From: Squalus acanthias
Lineage: Eukaryota
Direction of reading: 5' to 3'
Assembly: GCA_030390025.1 (NCBI GenBank)
Contig: JASTWF010000353.1
Span: forward strand, 310,001-374,000
Length of the DNA stretch: 64,000 bases
Below, in pieces: positions 59,484 to 64,000 of the stretch (position 1 is its first letter; every line of letters starts with the position of its first letter). The notes under the pieces were generated by a model. The model did not search any database. It was not told where the DNA came from and worked only from the letters and a program-made list of their open reading frames with translations. The translations under genes and the position numbers were made by a program.

Positions 59484-61835
59484 TTACACGGTGCTTTCAT
59501 CGTGCACGCGCACGTAACGTTCTCGCCACTCTCCCGTGTTTTCATGCTTGGTGAGGCGTTTGTCTCTTTTACAATGTACGACCAATAGGTACACTACAAT
59601 AAACACTTGACATACGACTGAAATGTGGGAGGCTATTCTGATCCATGAAGGCACTTCAATATTGGTGAACAGATTCCACCACGGTGGAACTACTATATCC
59701 AGAATGTCTGTTCCTATTTCGACAGTTTTCTGCTCTAATGTGTAAAAATGTTTCTGTGACACCGCGACGGCTTTTAAAAGCTTGGTGAGGTGTTCAGGGA
59801 GAGGGGGAATGAGGTATCCGAAATGCGCGATGAATCGTTGCAAGTCGGTGAAATTCTCTTTTACTGTGAGATGAACAGTGGATGGTTCAGGGATTGGGAT
59901 AATTCGCTGTTGTGCTACTTGAACTTCCGCCCTGGGTTTAAAACAGAAACTGCTGTCACTCACCGGACACCGGCTACGGTTTCCATGCTGGTAGTGTTGC
60001 GCTGCAGTGGTAACACAATATGTTCCACCCCCGATGTATGCTACCTGCGGAGGCACATGATCTTGTGCCATTGCCTCCATGGTGCAATTCATGGACATGG
60101 CGCCAGTCGTTCTGAACCCGCACTGTGGTGTTAAAAAGGCATTCAAGTGCTGGGGGCACAGTATTATGTGTGCTCCCCTGCCACGACAACCAGAGAGATC
60201 TGTACCTGTCATCGTTTGCTCCCAGCGGATGACGTAAGGTGGAACCGCTGCATAACGAATGTGGGCTCCCCCCTGAATGACACCAATGTTCTCTACCCGA
60301 TACACCAGGGCGGGCTTTGCTGTGTCGCCCAAAACCGGCATGCGTAAAACTATACCCATAATGGTATGGTTTGATCGTCCGCAGTCCACGGGGACTGGGT
60401 ATGCTTCTGAAGCTAGCCTGAGCTGACACGGACTTAATGCGTTCTGAAAAGGGTGGAGCGCCCGCAGGTGTTTGTTACTTATCCAGGACGGGACCAAACC
60501 TTGTTTTAAATCCTCCAAATTACTGCGGCCCTCGCCCAGTAACCACGCCCCGTAAAGCACGCACACCTCGTTCTGCGCAGCTTGATCGGATGCATTCCGA
60601 TCTTCCCTAATCAGGGCATTTACCGTTTTTGCATGTTTCTCCAGCTCTGCTATAATTTCCTTTAAATGGAGAGTCATGGCTTGGTCCTCGTGTAGACCCG
60701 ACCCTACCACTTTATTCTCATCTGTTAGAATGTCTCTTAATTGCGTTTTTAGACCATTAATCTGGGTCTGCAGCTCCACACTGTCTAGAGCGTTGACCAC
60801 GGATGTACCCGTGTTAAAAGCAGTGAACGCATCGTTCACCAAACCCCTTCTTTGCCTCCCTACTTGATCCAAAACTTCCTGTGGTGCGGTGTACAAACTT
60901 GTTTTATCAATTTCCGCGAAATCGAATTCGTAATATTGTCTGAACATCTTGGTCAACAGGACCTGATACAACTGTTCCGTCTTTTTGGGGCACCACTCTG
61001 GTAACCGCACCTCGGTGAGATTTAAAATCACCGAGGCCACCGCGTAATGTACCCCCTGAAATAGTATCTGGTCTGTGGGGACCAGTACCAAACCATTCCC
61101 GGGTCCCTTACTAGTTTTAGGGCACCCTTCTTCCTCAGCTAGAACCACCGGAATCGTGGGCGGGGCTTTGCGTGGGCGCGTAATGAGCTCAGTGGCATTT
61201 ACCGGGATCGAAGAGTATGGGGCTCCGCACCCCCTGGTGCTCGCATCCCACCTCATCCCCTGTCCGTTATCCTGCCACTGATTAATGAAAAATATGGATA
61301 TGCCTTTGGGGCAAGGGTATTTTGACCCCCACATGCATACATAAATTCCCTCGTCCGGTTCCCACCATTTGTCCCAACAGACTTTCACTTGTCCGTTTGT
61401 CCCCGTAATTGTCCGATGGGTATTATTACCCAGTCGTTCCCACTCGACCGAAGAGTTCCTCATAGTTTTGCTCAGCTTTCGCAGCCACCACCATCGGCTC
61501 AATGGGACATTCCCACTACAAGTCAAACAAATCCGTTTGCCGACGGTGACGCTGATCCTGGGTGCGATGATCCTTACTTTGGGGCACATTAAAGAAGTCT
61601 CTTTGTAGGCAAACCCCGATGTGCGAGAATACTCCGTTGAGTTCGTTCCCAGCCATCCTGGCCACCTTCCCTTGTGGAAATAGGTGCTGGTCTCCTCTGC
61701 CTCCCGTCTTCCGGTCCCATCCACCGCGATGGGGGCCGTGTCCCCGGAACATCCAAACACCACGACATCCTTGGTGCGGCCTCGATAGGCCAATCCACAT
61801 CCGATTGCCGCGAGCAATACTAGAATTCGTTCCAT
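59484..61835 (-). CDS. env: Intact envelope glycoprotein of provirus 3 (783 aa)
   Basis: Open ORF nearly identical to the other two env copies, with full TM and tail. Confidence 0.92.
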   Translation of the reverse strand: MERILVLLAAIGCGLAYRGRTKDVVVFGCSGDTAPIAVDGTGRREAEETSTYFHKGRWPGWLGTNSTEYSRTSGFAYKETSLMCPKVRIIAPRISVTVGKRICLTCSGNVPLSRWWWLRKLSKTMRNSSVEWERLGNNTHRTITGTNGQVKVCWDKWWEPDEGIYVCMWGSKYPCPKGISIFFINQWQDNGQGMRWDASTRGCGAPYSSIPVNATELITRPRKAPPTIPVVLAEEEGCPKTSKGPGNGLVLVPTDQILFQGVHYAVASVILNLTEVRLPEWCPKKTEQLYQVLLTKMFRQYYEFDFAEIDKTSLYTAPQEVLDQVGRQRRGLVNDAFTAFNTGTSVVNALDSVELQTQINGLKTQLRDILTDENKVVGSGLHEDQAMTLHLKEIIAELEKHAKTVNALIREDRNASDQAAQNEVCVLYGAWLLGEGRSNLEDLKQGLVPSWISNKHLRALHPFQNALSPCQLRLASEAYPVPVDCGRSNHTIMGIVLRMPVLGDTAKPALVYRVENIGVIQGGAHIRYAAVPPYVIRWEQTMTGTDLSGCRGRGAHIILCPQHLNAFLTPQCGFRTTGAMSMNCTMEAMAQDHVPPQVAYIGGGTYCVTTAAQHYQHGNRSRCPVSDSSFCFKPRAEVQVAQQRIIPIPEPSTVHLTVKENFTDLQRFIAHFGYLIPPLPEHLTKLLKAVAVSQKHFYTLEQKTVEIGTDILDIVVPPWWNLFTNIEVPSWIRIASHISVVCQVFIVVYLLVVHCKRDKRLTKHENTGEWRERYVRVHDESTV

Positions 61836-62098
61836 CCTTCCTTGGTTCCTGTGATCAGATAGAATGAGGTAGCCAGCCTCGCAAGAGTCTCTGGCTTTTG
61901 TGAAGGGTGAGCGGGTCCCCTGACCTCGCCTCACGTAAACTTCAACGTTCGCTGAATAAACTTTAACTAAACCTATTTTTAAAACTCCCATCATTTTATC
62001 GTTTTCTGTTAAAAACACTACAATCTTAACCTTGAACTATGAACTTAAAACTTAAAACTTATTACTATACAGTGCCGCCCGTTCTCAGGGCGGCCCCT

Positions 62099-64000
62099 TT
62101 AAATTCTGAGAAGGCTGCTGCGAGCTCTTCCCGACGGTGGGAGGGCACTGACCCTTCCCTTTGATCTGCCGCAGCCTGTTGTTGCACTGATTCCTTCCTC
62201 TGATCTGCCGCAGCCTGTTGCTGCTGCGATGGGGCCGGGCTGTATCTGGGTTGCCTTAACCTTTAGTCTACGCCTTGGGGCAGTCTGGGGACATGACCAC
62301 ATCCTCCTGGGCTGGGGTTCTCTACTTGACCTACGGGGAGTTGCCATGGGCGGGGGTTCCGTCACTGACGGACCGGGTTCCGAGACTTCCATCGGGACGA
62401 CCTGGGGTTCCACCACAGTCGCTGGCTCCGCCTCCGCTGACTCCGCCTCCCTAACCTCGGGGCTCGCAGTTTGTGGCTCCGCCTTGCTCGGCCCAGCAGG
62501 CGGCCCTTCACTCGTGATCTCTGCCTCCCCCAAGGACGGGACGTTCAAAGCGGGCGGCTCTGTCTCTGGGGTCCTCACCGTCACTCCCTGTGCTCCCACA
62601 GCGGCTGGCCCCGCCTCCCCTAGCTCCTCCCTCCTGTCCTCGGGACCTGCAGCTTGTGTGTCCACCCTGTGTGGATCTCTATCTGCAGCCCGTATCCTCC
62701 CTATATCTAAAATGGGACCTTTCCTCAAAAACCACTCGTCTTCATCACTATCCTCATCTGACTCGAGTTCCCGGAATTCTCCCTCATCTGACTCCCAACC
62801 CCACAAAAATGCTTCATGATCTTCCAGGATGTCCCCTCCCCTGATGCAAGCTGCTTTGCCTGCCCGTGTGCCTTGTGGTCCTACCTGGGGCTGTGCTTCC
62901 CCACTGGCGGGGTTTACCCCTGTGGTTTTCCCTTGCGCACCTGGCTTGTACAGTTTGCATTGGTTTACGTGGAACCACTTAGTGCGCCGAGGTACTTTTA
63001 CAGCGTATACCATGGGACTCGCCTTGTCTACAATGTTGTAGGGTCCCATATACAGTGGTTCCAGACTCCCTACTCTGGCGTAGTTTCTGACCATGACCTG
63101 GTCTCCTACTTCCCACTCCCGCGTTTTGCGGGGTTCCAGCAACAAGCGATTGCCCTGATGCTGCCTTCCCATGTTCCCAGCCGCCTGCTCATAAACCTGC
63201 TTCAGGCGCTCCAAGAGAGTCTGGGCGAACTTGTCCCTGCTTATCTCTTGGAGCTGACCCTCAGTGAGCACCGGCGCTAGCACATGGGTGGGGGTTCGCA
63301 TGAGCCTCCCAGTCATCACCTCGTGCGGGGAGTACCCCGTACTTTTTGACTGACTGGCCCGGACCCCCATGAGGACTAAAGGCAGAACTTCCGCCCATTT
63401 TTGGGGCGAGTTCCGAGTCTCTTTCCTCAATTTCTCCTTCAGGGTCCGGTTCATGCGTTCAACAATCCCGGATGACTGGGGATTGTGTGCTACGTGCCAC
63501 TTCCCTTCAATGCCCAAAAGCATGAGGGTGTTCTGCATCACCTGGCCGGTGAAATGACTCCCTTGGTCTGACTCCACAAAACGGGGAAGTCCCCACCGCG
63601 AGAACACTTCCCGGACCAAGATTTTTGCTGTACCCAGTGCCGTAGCTGTTCGACAGGGGAAGGCTTCCACCCACTTGGAAAACACATCCACCAAGACGAG
63701 GCAGTATTTATAACCTCCCTGGGTGGTGGGCAGGGGTCCTATATAGTCGATCTGTATCGACTGCCATGGTCCCTCTACCCTTCTTACGTGTCCCATGGGC
63801 ACCTTCCTTTTCTGGGGGTCTGGGTTGTTTGCAGCGCACACAAGACAGTTTGCACAGAACTCGCGGACTTGTTCCCTGAGCCCTGGCCACCATCCCGCTT
63901 GCTCTACCCGTTGCCAGGTAACCTCGGGCCCGGGGTGCCCTGCCCCTGGTCCCTCATGAGCCACCTGGAGGAATTCCCTCCTGTGCTGCTGCGGCACAAC
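62099..64000 (-). CDS. pol: 3' part of Pol of provirus 3: integrase with long uninterrupted C-terminal extension; continues beyond the window
   Basis: HHCC, DDE and GPY motifs, then about 280 aa of acidic/Pro-rich tail ending GRARSSLLRI. Confidence 0.93.
   Translation of the reverse strand, partial: VVPQQHRREFLQVAHEGPGAGHPGPEVTWQRVEQAGWWPGLREQVREFCANCLVCAANNPDPQKRKVPMGHVRRVEGPWQSIQIDYIGPLPTTQGGYKYCLVLVDVFSKWVEAFPCRTATALGTAKILVREVFSRWGLPRFVESDQGSHFTGQVMQNTLMLLGIEGKWHVAHNPQSSGIVERMNRTLKEKLRKETRNSPQKWAEVLPLVLMGVRASQSKSTGYSPHEVMTGRLMRTPTHVLAPVLTEGQLQEISRDKFAQTLLERLKQVYEQAAGNMGRQHQGNRLLLEPRKTREWEVGDQVMVRNYARVGSLEPLYMGPYNIVDKASPMVYAVKVPRRTKWFHVNQCKLYKPGAQGKTTGVNPASGEAQPQVGPQGTRAGKAACIRGGDILEDHEAFLWGWESDEGEFRELESDEDSDEDEWFLRKGPILDIGRIRAADRDPHRVDTQAAGPEDRREELGEAGPAAVGAQGVTVRTPETEPPALNVPSLGEAEITSEGPPAGPSKAEPQTASPEVREAESAEAEPATVVEPQVVPMEVSEPGPSVTEPPPMATPRRSSREPQPRRMWSCPQTAPRRRLKVKATQIQPGPIAAATGCGRSEEGISATTGCGRSKGRVSALPPSGRARSSLLRI

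Overview
Repeat-dense eukaryotic window, most likely vertebrate. The 67-bp satellite and Penelope ends resemble repeats I associate with shark genomes, which is an unverified inference. In order along the window: (1) a 31-bp tandem array (1-5740); (2) a probable long terminal coding exon with two in-frame Pro-rich minisatellites (5819-8296); (3) a MITE-like repeat carrying a Penelope fragment; (4) a large 67-bp satellite (10020-47621, interrupted) with higher-order duplications and four Penelope insertions with hammerhead-ribozyme motifs, all at the same monomer position; (5) from 30.8 kb, a cluster of one young endogenous retrovirus-like family. The cluster holds a solo LTR, a near-intact provirus (33488-45583, minus) and a nested stack made of a truncated LTR, a second provirus running off the window, a pol-less gag+env element and another solo LTR. 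The family looks lokiretrovirus-like: YVDD RT, degenerate plus active RNase H, and an F-protein-like Env. It has several unusual traits: an Ig-like domain in Env, in-frame CAA-UGA-CUAG gag-pol readthrough, a gag AUG overlapping a tRNA-Arg PBS, a long integrase tail and an apparently very long R region. All calls were made by eye, with no database searches.
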